A DNA stretch of 64,000 nucleotides from Alphaproteobacteria bacterium. GTDB taxonomy: Bacteria; Pseudomonadota; Alphaproteobacteria; GCA-2731375. This document shows positions 9,978 through 18,104 of this stretch, in pieces (positions within the stretch are counted from its first letter, which is position 1; each line of letters opens with the position of its first letter). Where the stretch lies: positions 1,280,001-1,344,000 of the forward strand of contig CBDDPY010000002.1 of assembly GCA_965232515.1 (NCBI GenBank). Reading direction: 5' to 3'. The notes beneath the pieces were generated by a model. The model saw only the letters and a list, made by a program, of their open reading frames with translations, did not search any database and was not told the origin of the DNA. A program made the position numbers and the translations under genes.

Positions 9978-10571
9978 ATGCCAACGTCCGACACCGTCAT
10001 CGTCGCCAACCATTACCAGAACGAGAACTGCCATCCCGACGGCAAGATCAAGGTGGGGATCGCGGCGGACGCCGAATGGCGCTGGGAGCGGATGGCGAAC
10101 GCGAAGCGGCTTTTCGCCGGCGCGCGCGGGGCCGGGGTGCCGATCGTGCATGTACGGCTGGCCGTACCGCCGGATTACGCGGGCGTGGTCGCGAATACGC
10201 CGCTGATCCGGCAGTGGATCGAGCTCGGCGCGTGGAAGGACGGCACCTGGGGCGTGGAGTTCCTGGAGGGACTGGAGCCGGCGGACGGCGAAGCGGTGGT
10301 CACGCACACGCGAAACAGCGCCTTCCACGGCTCGAACCTGTCGGATGTGCTATTCGCGCTCGGCGCCACCAAGTTGATCTGCTGCGGCGTCTCGACGGCT
10401 TACGTGGTCGAGGGCACGGTCCGACACGCCACCGACATCGGCTATGAGGTGACGGTGGCGGCGGATGCCTGCTCAACCGCGACGCAGCCCCAGCACGAAG
10501 CGGCGCTGGCGGCAATGAAGCTGATCGCCGAGATCAAGACCGTGGACGAGATCCTGACCGAGTTCAGGTAG
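9978..10571 (+). CDS. Isochorismatase/cysteine-hydrolase fold protein with non-canonical catalytic residues
   Basis: Fold motifs HYQNE, ARGAGVPIVHV, TRNSAFHGS, GVSTAYVVEGTVRHATDIGYEVTVAADACS; GAGGAG upstream. Confidence 0.8.
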   Translation: MPTSDTVIVANHYQNENCHPDGKIKVGIAADAEWRWERMANAKRLFAGARGAGVPIVHVRLAVPPDYAGVVANTPLIRQWIELGAWKDGTWGVEFLEGLEPADGEAVVTHTRNSAFHGSNLSDVLFALGATKLICCGVSTAYVVEGTVRHATDIGYEVTVAADACSTATQPQHEAALAAMKLIAEIKTVDEILTEFR

Positions 10572-10751
10572 CTAAGCACAGCAAAAGCACGACGCCATCG
10601 GCTTGATCTCCAGCCGAAAAAGGCGGTTGCTGGCTGCGAGTCTGAGTAGCTGATATAATTTGTTGTTACCGCTTCGCGCGCATGTGTTGTCCATGCTAAC
10701 GCAGGCAATGTGCTTGGCGTCGTTGCCGGAACCGATAAACGAAAAGACGTC

Positions 10752-11030
10752 ATGTTGGAGAGCCTGACCTCGGAGCAGATACGGATCGCTGATCCGACGA
10801 CGCCACCGGATGTGCGGCGCAGCCTTCGACGGCGCCAGCTTAAGCGTTACCTGATCGGCACCGTGGCCGCCTTGGTCATTACGGTGATCGGCTTCTATCT
10901 TGCGGTGGCGATGTACTTCACGTCGCTATACGCCGTCATCACGGTCAATCTGGCCCTCGTCTGGGCCATGATCGGCGTCTTGATCCTGATCACGGTCGGA
11001 CCGTTGGTCGTCGTGTTTCTGCGTCGTTAG
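10752..11030 (+). CDS. Small hypothetical membrane protein (two predicted TM helices)
   Basis: 92 aa: basic stretch followed by two hydrophobic segments; a TATAAT lies upstream at about 10654. Confidence 0.55.
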   Translation: MLESLTSEQIRIADPTTPPDVRRSLRRRQLKRYLIGTVAALVITVIGFYLAVAMYFTSLYAVITVNLALVWAMIGVLILITVGPLVVVFLRR

Positions 11031-11506
11031 CCGCCGGCCTTTTGTTTTTCCTGGAACTGGATGAAGCGGATGGCGTCGGCGGGTTCCAGGCGGCCGATGG
11101 GGCCGGTGCTGTAGGTGGCGGACAGGACCTTGCCGGTGTCGTTCAGCACGAAGTTCGAGGGCTGAATGATCTGACGGCGGTCTTCCCACCAGGAACCGAG
11201 CGTGTCAGCGTCCGCGCGTGTCACGCCGTGCGCGATCGGGAACGAGAGATCGGCCGCGACCTCGGCCGCCTTGTCTTCAGGATCGACGCTGGCCGCGATG
11301 ACCCGGGCGTCCAGTTTTTCCAACTCGTTCAGGTGATCTTCGAAGCCGCCCAACTGACGTCGACAGTAAGGTCACCAGTGTCCGCGATAGAACAGAACCA
11401 CGCTGTAGCTGGAGTTGAGCTGATCGGGCAGGGCAAGCGTGCCGCCGCCGACCAGGTTCAGCGTCAGCGATGGAAAGCTGTCGCCGGCATTCAGTTTCTC
11501 GGCCAT
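11027..11506 (-). CDS. AhpC/TSA peroxiredoxin-like protein with in-frame TGA (putative selenocysteine, UPYC motif), 159 aa
   Basis: Track ORFs 11372..11611 and 11027..11353 are one frame: ...VVLFYRGHW-TGA(11374-11372)-PYCRRQLGGFEDHL...; ATG at 11506 with GGGAG upstream; TGA is codon 45. Confidence 0.85.
11346..11371 (-). promoter_or_regulatory. Candidate bacterial SECIS hairpin (weak)
   Basis: After the UGA: CUGUCGAC-GUCA-GUUGG(G)CGG, a stem with GU pairs and a G-first loop; an alternative fold CCUUACUG/CAGUUGGG also exists. Folded by eye. Confidence 0.35.
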
Positions 11507-11597
11507 ACGGATACTCCCACGACGGTGCGTCGCGCCTAGCTCAACAGAATTGCCGCGCCGGCGCAATTGCCGAATGCGTGACCCCGAGACAACGACA

Positions 11598-11626
11598 TCG
11601 CCCCGCCGCATCCGCGCCGGGGCGAG
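11598..11626 (-). terminator. GC-rich hairpin, possible terminator
   Basis: Inverted repeat TCGCCCCG...CGGGGCGA, followed on the minus strand by TGTCGTTGT; lies just downstream of the short ORF 11649-11705. Confidence 0.4.
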
Positions 11627-11648
11627 TTCGTGAACCGGTGCAATCCGA

Positions 11649-11705
11649 TCAATCCGTCGGGTGCGGACCGTTCAAGGGGTGCTCGGGATCGTTTTCGATG
11701 GTCAC
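11649..11705 (-). CDS. Putative 18-aa peptide MTIENDPEHPLNGPHPTD
   Basis: AGGAG 7 nt before a GTG start, TGA stop and downstream hairpin, in a roughly 490 bp gap with no other credible gene. Confidence 0.35.
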   Translation of the reverse strand: MTIENDPEHPLNGPHPTD

Positions 11706-11994
11706 GGTACGTCTCCTAGGGTGTCGTTCGGTCGCTCGCAGCCGCTACGTGGCGATTAGTGCTTTGCGGTACAAGTGACATTGTTACGACAACGGGCGCA
11801 CCGACGCTTTCTTCCCCAAGGTTAATGCCGAGGCGGAAATTTTTTGCTAACCGTGTGGCGCGGAATCCCGGCATTTGCAGGCAGTTAGCCGACTTCGCGC
11901 CATTTGTACGCGACGCCAGGGCGGCAACACGCCAAGCCGGTAAAATGTTGTTACCAACTCTTGCAAATGCCCAAACGGGCAACGCTTCCGGACG

Positions 11995-12396
11995 CTATTT
12001 GTGCTTCGGCTCGCGCGGTTCCGTGGCACCACCTGCCTCGCGCCAGGCGCCGTAGCCACCCTCGAGATGGCAGACCGGCTTGAGGCCCATGTCCTGCACG
12101 GCTTTGGCGGCGAGCGCCGAGCGCAGGCCGCCGGCGCAGAAGAACATGAAGCGCTTGCCGGACTGAAAGACGTCGCGGGCGTATGGACTCTCGGGATCGA
12201 CCCAGAACTCCAGCATGCCACGCGGCGCGTGCACGGCGTCGGGGATCGCGCCCTCGCGCCAGAGCTCGCGGACATCGCGGATGTCGACGAAGACCACGCC
12301 ATCGTCGTCCTTCGCGGCCATGGCCTGCTCGACCGTCCAGGTCTCGATCTCGGCCTCGGCCTCGGCGCAGAGCTGCTTGATGCCTTTGGTAATCAT
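11995..12396 (-). CDS. Rhodanese-like domain protein
   Basis: VDIRDVRE...GAIPDAVHAPRGMLEFW...FCAGGLRSALA...HLEGGYGAW; start reassigned to ATG 12396 (GGAG upstream). Confidence 0.9.
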   Translation of the reverse strand: MITKGIKQLCAEAEAEIETWTVEQAMAAKDDDGVVFVDIRDVRELWREGAIPDAVHAPRGMLEFWVDPESPYARDVFQSGKRFMFFCAGGLRSALAAKAVQDMGLKPVCHLEGGYGAWREAGGATEPREPKHK

Positions 12397-12413
12397 GACA
12401 TTCGCTCCTTTGG

Positions 12414-12800
12414 CTAAGCTTTGGCGGCGTTGACCTCGATCTCGACCAGGAAGTCCGGGCTGGCGAGGCCGGCGACGATCAGCAGTGTCGAGGCCGTGCG
12501 GACGTCGCCCATGACCTCGTCGCGGAGGCCCCGGAAGGCGCCGATGTCGGCCGGGTTGGTGAGAAACACGGTGAGCTTGACCACGTCCTCGAGACCCATG
12601 CCGGCGCTGGCGAGCACGCCCTTGATGTTGTCGAAGGCGGTGCGGCACTGGGCCTCGAAGCCCTGCTGGATCGTGCCGTCCGGCGCCATGCCGATCTGGC
12701 CGGACACGAACAAGTGACGCAGGTCGGACGCCGTTTCGACGCCCTGGGCATAGTTGCTGGCCGGCTTGGTGATGTTGTCGGGATTGTGGAGCTTATGCAT
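12414..12800 (-). CDS. RidA/YjgF family protein
   Basis: Motifs LFVSGQIG, DVVKLTVFL, TASTLLIV, LVEIEV. Confidence 0.85.
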   Translation of the reverse strand: MHKLHNPDNITKPASNYAQGVETASDLRHLFVSGQIGMAPDGTIQQGFEAQCRTAFDNIKGVLASAGMGLEDVVKLTVFLTNPADIGAFRGLRDEVMGDVRTASTLLIVAGLASPDFLVEIEVNAAKA

Positions 12801-12827
12801 GTCGGAACCCCCAAGGGAATGAGTGGG

Positions 12828-13880
12828 TTAGGGAATGATCTTCATATCGCGGAACTGCTGAAAGATGCGCAGGAACATGTCGTCCGTGCGCAGACAGTCG
12901 TGAAAGCCGTGCAGACGCAGCTTCAGCGTGTCGGTCATGACGTCCCAGTCCGTGTTGAAGACATAATCGCCGAACGGCCAGGCTGCCATTTGATCGTACG
13001 GATAGGATCGGAGACCGTGTTTCTCGACGATCTCGGCCCAGAGCGGCGCTTTGTCGGCCATGAATTCGGTCAGCGGGATCTTCTGCGGCTCGCCATACGG
13101 CATGTCGAAGAAGTCGGCGAAGGCGGGCCAGACATTCTTCCAGCGGAAGAAATCGCCGTTGGTGATGTTGAAGACCTCGTTGGCGCCGCCGGGATCGGTG
13201 CCGCACCAGACCATGGCCTTGGCCAGATGGTCGGCGTCGCAGACCTGGTAGACCGCCTCATAGGCACCTGGCGAGCCGGGGAACCGCAGCGGCAGGCCAA
13301 GATGCTTTGAGATCGCCGCATAGACGGCGATGACCATGGTGATGTTCATCGGGTTGCCGAGCGCGAAGCCGCAGACCGTTTGCGGCCGGAGCGCCGACCA
13401 GGTCCAGTCCTTGCCCGCTTGCGCGCCGCGCAGCCACATTTCCTGGTCGTAGTAGAAGTTCGGCAGCATATGCGGCGGGTCGTCCTCGCGCGCCGGCGTT
13501 TTAAACGGTCCGAGATGGCTGCCGTACCACTTGTTGCCCTCGACCAGATGCACGTGCCGCAGACCCGGCGCGACGGCTTCGATAGCCTCGACCGCGTTCA
13601 CCAGCAGCGCCAGGTTCGGCGCATTGTGCTCGGCCCAGGTCGGGGCGGGCAGGAAGGCGGCATAGAAGATGTGTGTGGCTTCAACCAGGCCGGCGAGCTT
13701 GGCCATGGCCTGGTCGCGCTCCAGCAGGTCGACCGAGATGAATTCCGCCCGCGTATCGAAGTCGGGCGGCCGGCGCGACAGGCCGACGATATCCCAGTCG
13801 TCGCGCGGCTCGAGATAGCTCACCAGGTTACGGCCGATGACGCCGAGCGCCCCGACCACGACCGCCTTCTTGTCTGCCAT
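12828..13880 (-). CDS. Atypical SDR, progesterone 5-beta-reductase/iridoid synthase (PRISE)-like
   Basis: Motifs GALGVIG, GLSRR, GNKWYG, PNFYYDQE, WSALRP, FNITNGD. Confidence 0.8.
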   Translation of the reverse strand: MADKKAVVVGALGVIGRNLVSYLEPRDDWDIVGLSRRPPDFDTRAEFISVDLLERDQAMAKLAGLVEATHIFYAAFLPAPTWAEHNAPNLALLVNAVEAIEAVAPGLRHVHLVEGNKWYGSHLGPFKTPAREDDPPHMLPNFYYDQEMWLRGAQAGKDWTWSALRPQTVCGFALGNPMNITMVIAVYAAISKHLGLPLRFPGSPGAYEAVYQVCDADHLAKAMVWCGTDPGGANEVFNITNGDFFRWKNVWPAFADFFDMPYGEPQKIPLTEFMADKAPLWAEIVEKHGLRSYPYDQMAAWPFGDYVFNTDWDVMTDTLKLRLHGFHDCLRTDDMFLRIFQQFRDMKIIP

Positions 13881-13899
13881 TTGCTGGACGTCCTACCCG

Positions 13900-14664
13900 C
13901 TAGATGCAGCGGCCGCCGTCGACCTCGAGACAGACGCCGGTGATGAACTCGGCCTCGTCGGAGGCGAGATAAAGGGCGGCGTTGGCGATATCCGCCGGCT
14001 GGCTGAAACGCCCGAGCGGGATGGTGTTGAGGAACTTCTCGCGCATCTCCGGCGTCGCCTCGCCGCCCATGAATTCGGCCAGCATCTGGGTTTCGCCGGC
14101 CACCGGGCAGACCGCGTTGACGCGGATCTTGTCGGCGGCAAGCTCGACCGCCATCGCCTTGGTCAGCGTGCTGACGGCGCCCTTGCTGCCGCAATACCAG
14201 GCGAGTCCGGGCCGCGGGCTGATGGCGGCGGTGGAAGAGGTGTTGATGAAGCAGCCGCCGCCCGATTTGCGCATCTCCGGCACGGCATGCAGCGCCGCCC
14301 AGTAGATGCTCTTCACGTTCACATTGAAGATACGGTCGAACTCGGCCTCGCTGACCTCGGTCATCGGCCCGTTGCGCTGCGGCACGCCCGCGTTGTTGAC
14401 CACGATGTCGAGGCGGCCATAGGCGCCGACGGCTTCGGCGATCATGCCGCCGACCTGGTCGCCGGACGCGACGTCGGCGCCGCTGAACATGGCTTCGCCG
14501 CCGGCCTCGCCGATCGCGCTGGTCACGCGCTGGCCATCCTGGGCATTGAGATCGTTGACCACGACCCTGGCGCCCTCGGCCGCGAAGCGCCGGGCGATGC
14601 CTTCGCCGAAACCGGCGCCCGCGCCCGTCACGATCGCAACCTTGTCCTGAAGCCGCATGTCCAT
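13900..14664 (-). CDS. Classical SDR oxidoreductase
   Basis: Motifs TGAGAGFG, VNNAG, YCGSK, IRVNAVCP. Confidence 0.9.
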   Translation of the reverse strand: MDMRLQDKVAIVTGAGAGFGEGIARRFAAEGARVVVNDLNAQDGQRVTSAIGEAGGEAMFSGADVASGDQVGGMIAEAVGAYGRLDIVVNNAGVPQRNGPMTEVSEAEFDRIFNVNVKSIYWAALHAVPEMRKSGGGCFINTSSTAAISPRPGLAWYCGSKGAVSTLTKAMAVELAADKIRVNAVCPVAGETQMLAEFMGGEATPEMREKFLNTIPLGRFSQPADIANAALYLASDEAEFITGVCLEVDGGRCI

Positions 14665-14766
14665 GTCCTCCCGTTGATTTGACGCATACGAATGTGCGGC
14701 CGACGGCGCACTGGCGGCACCGACCGAAACCGAAGCGACGATGTTAGCGAACGGCGGCTACCACCG

Positions 14767-15279
14767 CTATTGCTGGGTTTCGCGGAACCCGGTCAGGCCG
14801 GCACGGATCGGTTCCCATTCGGTGGCGCGCCGTTGCGCCTCCTGGATTTCGTCCGGCCGCATCAGCGCCGCGGCCTCGCCGCGCAACAGCAGCGCCTGCT
14901 GACCGAGCGCCGGCTGGCCGTTGTTGGCGGCGACAGTCAGCCACTTATAGGCTTCGATCAAATCCTGACGGACACCGATGCCGCGGACGTGCAGCGAGCC
15001 GAACGCCAATTGCGCATGCGGATTGCCCTTGATCGCCGCCTTGTGGAACCAGATCGCGGCCAGCGCATCGTTGCGCGGCACGCCCTTGCCGTAGAAATAG
15101 ATGGCGCCGAGCATGAACTCGGCCCCGGCATGGCCCTTTTCCGCGAGCGTGCGGAAGGCCTTGTTGGCCTCGTCGAACCGGCCCTGGTCGTAGGCGAGCA
15201 CGCCCGTTTCATAGTCGGCGGCGGCAGGCGATGCGGCCAGCAGGCAGATGGAAACAGCCAGCAGCAGACGCTTGATCAT
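14767..15279 (-). CDS. Exported Sel1-repeat protein
   Basis: Signal peptide and repeats AEFMLGAIYFYGKGVPRN / AQLAFGSLHVRGIGVRQD. Confidence 0.85.
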   Translation of the reverse strand: MIKRLLLAVSICLLAASPAAADYETGVLAYDQGRFDEANKAFRTLAEKGHAGAEFMLGAIYFYGKGVPRNDALAAIWFHKAAIKGNPHAQLAFGSLHVRGIGVRQDLIEAYKWLTVAANNGQPALGQQALLLRGEAAALMRPDEIQEAQRRATEWEPIRAGLTGFRETQQ

Positions 15280-15360
15280 GACGTTTGGGTTTGCCCTCTA
15301 GCGGTATTCTAGCGTGGGCCGCTCCCTTCCGGCCCACATTGGGCAAGAATACCTGAAGGT

Positions 15361-15861
15361 TCAGCGCTTGTCCCGCGCCGCAAGGGCCGCATTTTCGACG
15401 CGGATGCGATGCCACAGCAGGGCGGCGTTCAAGGCGCTGAACACAAACGCGATTTGCCAGGCGCCGAAGGCCAGCGGCAGCACGGCGATCTCGGCCACGA
15501 CGACCACGTAGTTGGGGTGGCGGAACCAGCGATAGGGGCCGGTCCGCACCAGCGGCGCGTCGGGGACGGTGATGATTCGCGTCGTCCAGTAGGGGCCGAG
15601 GCTGGCGACCACCCAGACACGGCCCGCCTGGAGGACGAGATAGATGGCGAGCAGGGGCCAGCTGACCGGGGCGGCCGGATCGACAAGCACGGCGAGCGCC
15701 AGCAGCCAGCCGCCATGCAGCAGGACAAAAAGCGGATAGTGGCGGGCGCCGATCTCGACGCCGCCGCGCGCCCGCAGACCGGCCTCATTGCGCCGCGCGT
15801 AAACCAGTTCGGCCAGGCGCTGCAGTGCTACCAATGCGACGACGACATAGAGAACGGACAT
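15361..15861 (-). CDS. Isoprenylcysteine carboxyl methyltransferase (ICMT)-family membrane protein, BpsB/SrsB-like
   Basis: Motifs QRLAEL, LGPYWTTRII, GPYRWFRHPNY, RIRVEN; directly downstream of the type III PKS. Confidence 0.85.
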   Translation of the reverse strand: MSVLYVVVALVALQRLAELVYARRNEAGLRARGGVEIGARHYPLFVLLHGGWLLALAVLVDPAAPVSWPLLAIYLVLQAGRVWVVASLGPYWTTRIITVPDAPLVRTGPYRWFRHPNYVVVVAEIAVLPLAFGAWQIAFVFSALNAALLWHRIRVENAALAARDKR

Positions 15862-15871
15862 AGGCGGCGGA

Positions 15872-16921
15872 TCAGTCCGCTTCCAAAGTGGCGAAGCCGG
15901 CGGTGAAGCCCGGCCCCAGCGCCGACAGCAGGCAGCGCTGCCCCGCCGGCAGCGGCGCGTCGGCCTGCGCCGCGGACAGCGCGAACATCACGGTCACGGC
16001 CGACATGTTGCCGTAGTCGCGCAGCGTGTCGCGCGAATAGGTCATCTCGCCGCGCTCAAGGCCGAAGACGTCTTCCAGCGCATCGACCACCTTGGCGCCG
16101 CCCGGATGGCTGACGAAACGGTCGATGTCGCCGAAGTCGAGGCCGCGCCGGCCGAGATAGTCGAGCGCGACGTCGCGCATGCGGGTGCCGACCAGGGTCG
16201 GAATGTCGCGCGAGAACAGCACCGCCAGGCCGTCGTCGCGCACGTTCCAGCCCATGACCTGGAGCGAGTCCTCCCAGGTATGCTCGCCCCAGTCGGCAAT
16301 GCGCGGCCCGTCGCCGTCACAGGCGACGACGCCGCCGGCGGCGCCATCGCCGAACAGGGCCGTGGCGATGACGTTGCTCTTGCTGCGATCGGCATATCGG
16401 AAAGTCAGGCCGCAGAGCTCGACCACCAGGAACAGGATGCGGCTGTCGGGCGCCGCCCGGGACAGCGCCGCCGCGCGGCCCAGGCCGAGCACGCCACCGG
16501 CACAGCCGAGACCGAAAATCGGCAAGCGTTCGATATCGCGCCGCAGGCCGAGCCGGTCCATCAGCTGCGCATCCAGGCTGGGCGTGGCGATGCCGGAGCT
16601 CGACACCGTAACGATGCTGTCGATCTGGCGCATCGACAGCCCCGCACCGGCGACGGCATCGCGCGCGACGCGTTCCAGCAGCGCGAGCGCATTTTCGACA
16701 TAGAGCCGGTTGCGCTCGGCGAAGCCGTGCGGCGCCAGGTACCAGTCGATCGGCACGCAGGAATAGCGGGTGTCGATGGCGGCGTTGGCGTAGACCGGCG
16801 CCAGACGGCTGAAATCGGCGAAGTCAGCCGCGAACAGCTTGGACGCCTTGGCGGCGACCTCATCCTGGTGCAGCACATGTGGCGGCACGGCCGTGGCAAT
16901 CGAGAGCAGGCGCGGGGTCAA
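15872..16921 (-). CDS. Type III polyketide synthase (chalcone synthase-like)
   Basis: Cys-His-Asn triad in GLGCAGG, SHPGG and YGNMS; also LFGDGAA and LGPGF; TTG start with GGAGG. Confidence 0.92.
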   Translation of the reverse strand: MTPRLLSIATAVPPHVLHQDEVAAKASKLFAADFADFSRLAPVYANAAIDTRYSCVPIDWYLAPHGFAERNRLYVENALALLERVARDAVAGAGLSMRQIDSIVTVSSSGIATPSLDAQLMDRLGLRRDIERLPIFGLGCAGGVLGLGRAAALSRAAPDSRILFLVVELCGLTFRYADRSKSNVIATALFGDGAAGGVVACDGDGPRIADWGEHTWEDSLQVMGWNVRDDGLAVLFSRDIPTLVGTRMRDVALDYLGRRGLDFGDIDRFVSHPGGAKVVDALEDVFGLERGEMTYSRDTLRDYGNMSAVTVMFALSAAQADAPLPAGQRCLLSALGPGFTAGFATLEAD

Positions 16922-17268
16922 TCGATTGGACCTCCGTTCGGAGCGAAAATGAACGCAACGCGGGTTGTTTTCACCTCTGATAGATAGGGCGCCGTGCGGT
17001 CACGACCCAATCAAGCCTCAGCGATAGACGGCGACCGTCCCGGCGTCGACCAATCCTGCCGTTTACGCCATCTGGTCCAATTTCAGCCCTCAAGGCCGAC
17101 CATGGACGTTAATGAAAGCTGCAAATATTCGTGATAGATGCCTTTTGGCAGGTAATTGCCCGCGGCGTCGACCGGGCGGCAGCGGAACCTTTCGGGGGCT
17201 GGACGAGGCATCACTTCCGTCTTATGTGACAGCTATCATCCGGCAACGGCCGGCTTTATGGTGGATAT

Positions 17269-18033
17269 ATGACGCAGAACGCGACCGATCCGGAAAACAC
17301 GTCCGGCGGGAACGAGCCGCCGCAGATCATTCTGCCGGCCAAGACCAGTCTTCTGGCGCGCCTGCGCACCTATTTCCTGACCGGCATCGTCATTACGGCG
17401 CCGATCAGCATCACGATCTATCTGGCCTGGCTGTTCATCGATTTCGTCGACCAGCAGGTTACGCCGATCATTCCGGCGCAATACAACCCCGAGACCTATC
17501 TGCCGTTCAGCCTGCCAGGCCTTGGCTTGGTCGTGATGTTCGTGTTTCTGACCTTCATCGGCTTCATTACGGCGAATATCTTCGGCCGCACGCTGGTGCA
17601 TTTCGGCGAACGGCTGGTCAACCGGATGCCGGTGATCCGCAGCATCTACGGCGCCCTGAAGCAGATCCTGGAAACGGTGCTGCGGTCGTCGTCGGAGTCG
17701 TTCCGGCAGGTCGTGCTGATCGAGTATCCGCGCAGGGGCATCTGGGTGCTGGCCTTCGTTTCGGGCCGGACCGAGGGCGAGGTAAGGCGGCTCGGCGGCG
17801 AGGAAATGCTGAACGTGTTCGTGCCGACCACACCGAACCCGACCTCGGGCTTTCTGCTGTTCGTGCCGAAGAAGGACGCGATCGTTATGGAAATGACGGT
17901 CGAGGAGGCGGCGAAACTGATCATCTCGGCCGGCGTGATCTCGCCGCCCGATCCGAAGGCCGGTCCCCAGCCGGTCGAGATCGAACCGCCGGACGAACCG
18001 GCACCATTGCCGGAAAAGCAGCCGGCGGAGTAG
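17269..18033 (+). CDS. DUF502-family membrane protein
   Basis: Motifs YFLTGIVITAP, IRSIYGALKQI, EYPRRG, FVPTTPNPTSGF. Confidence 0.85.
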   Translation: MTQNATDPENTSGGNEPPQIILPAKTSLLARLRTYFLTGIVITAPISITIYLAWLFIDFVDQQVTPIIPAQYNPETYLPFSLPGLGLVVMFVFLTFIGFITANIFGRTLVHFGERLVNRMPVIRSIYGALKQILETVLRSSSESFRQVVLIEYPRRGIWVLAFVSGRTEGEVRRLGGEEMLNVFVPTTPNPTSGFLLFVPKKDAIVMEMTVEEAAKLIISAGVISPPDPKAGPQPVEIEPPDEPAPLPEKQPAE

Positions 18034-18104
18034 GCCGCTGGCGGCTACTGAGCGACAAAGAAACAGCCTTCGTCGGCGGAGTTCCTGGATTGCCGGGTCA
18101 AGCC

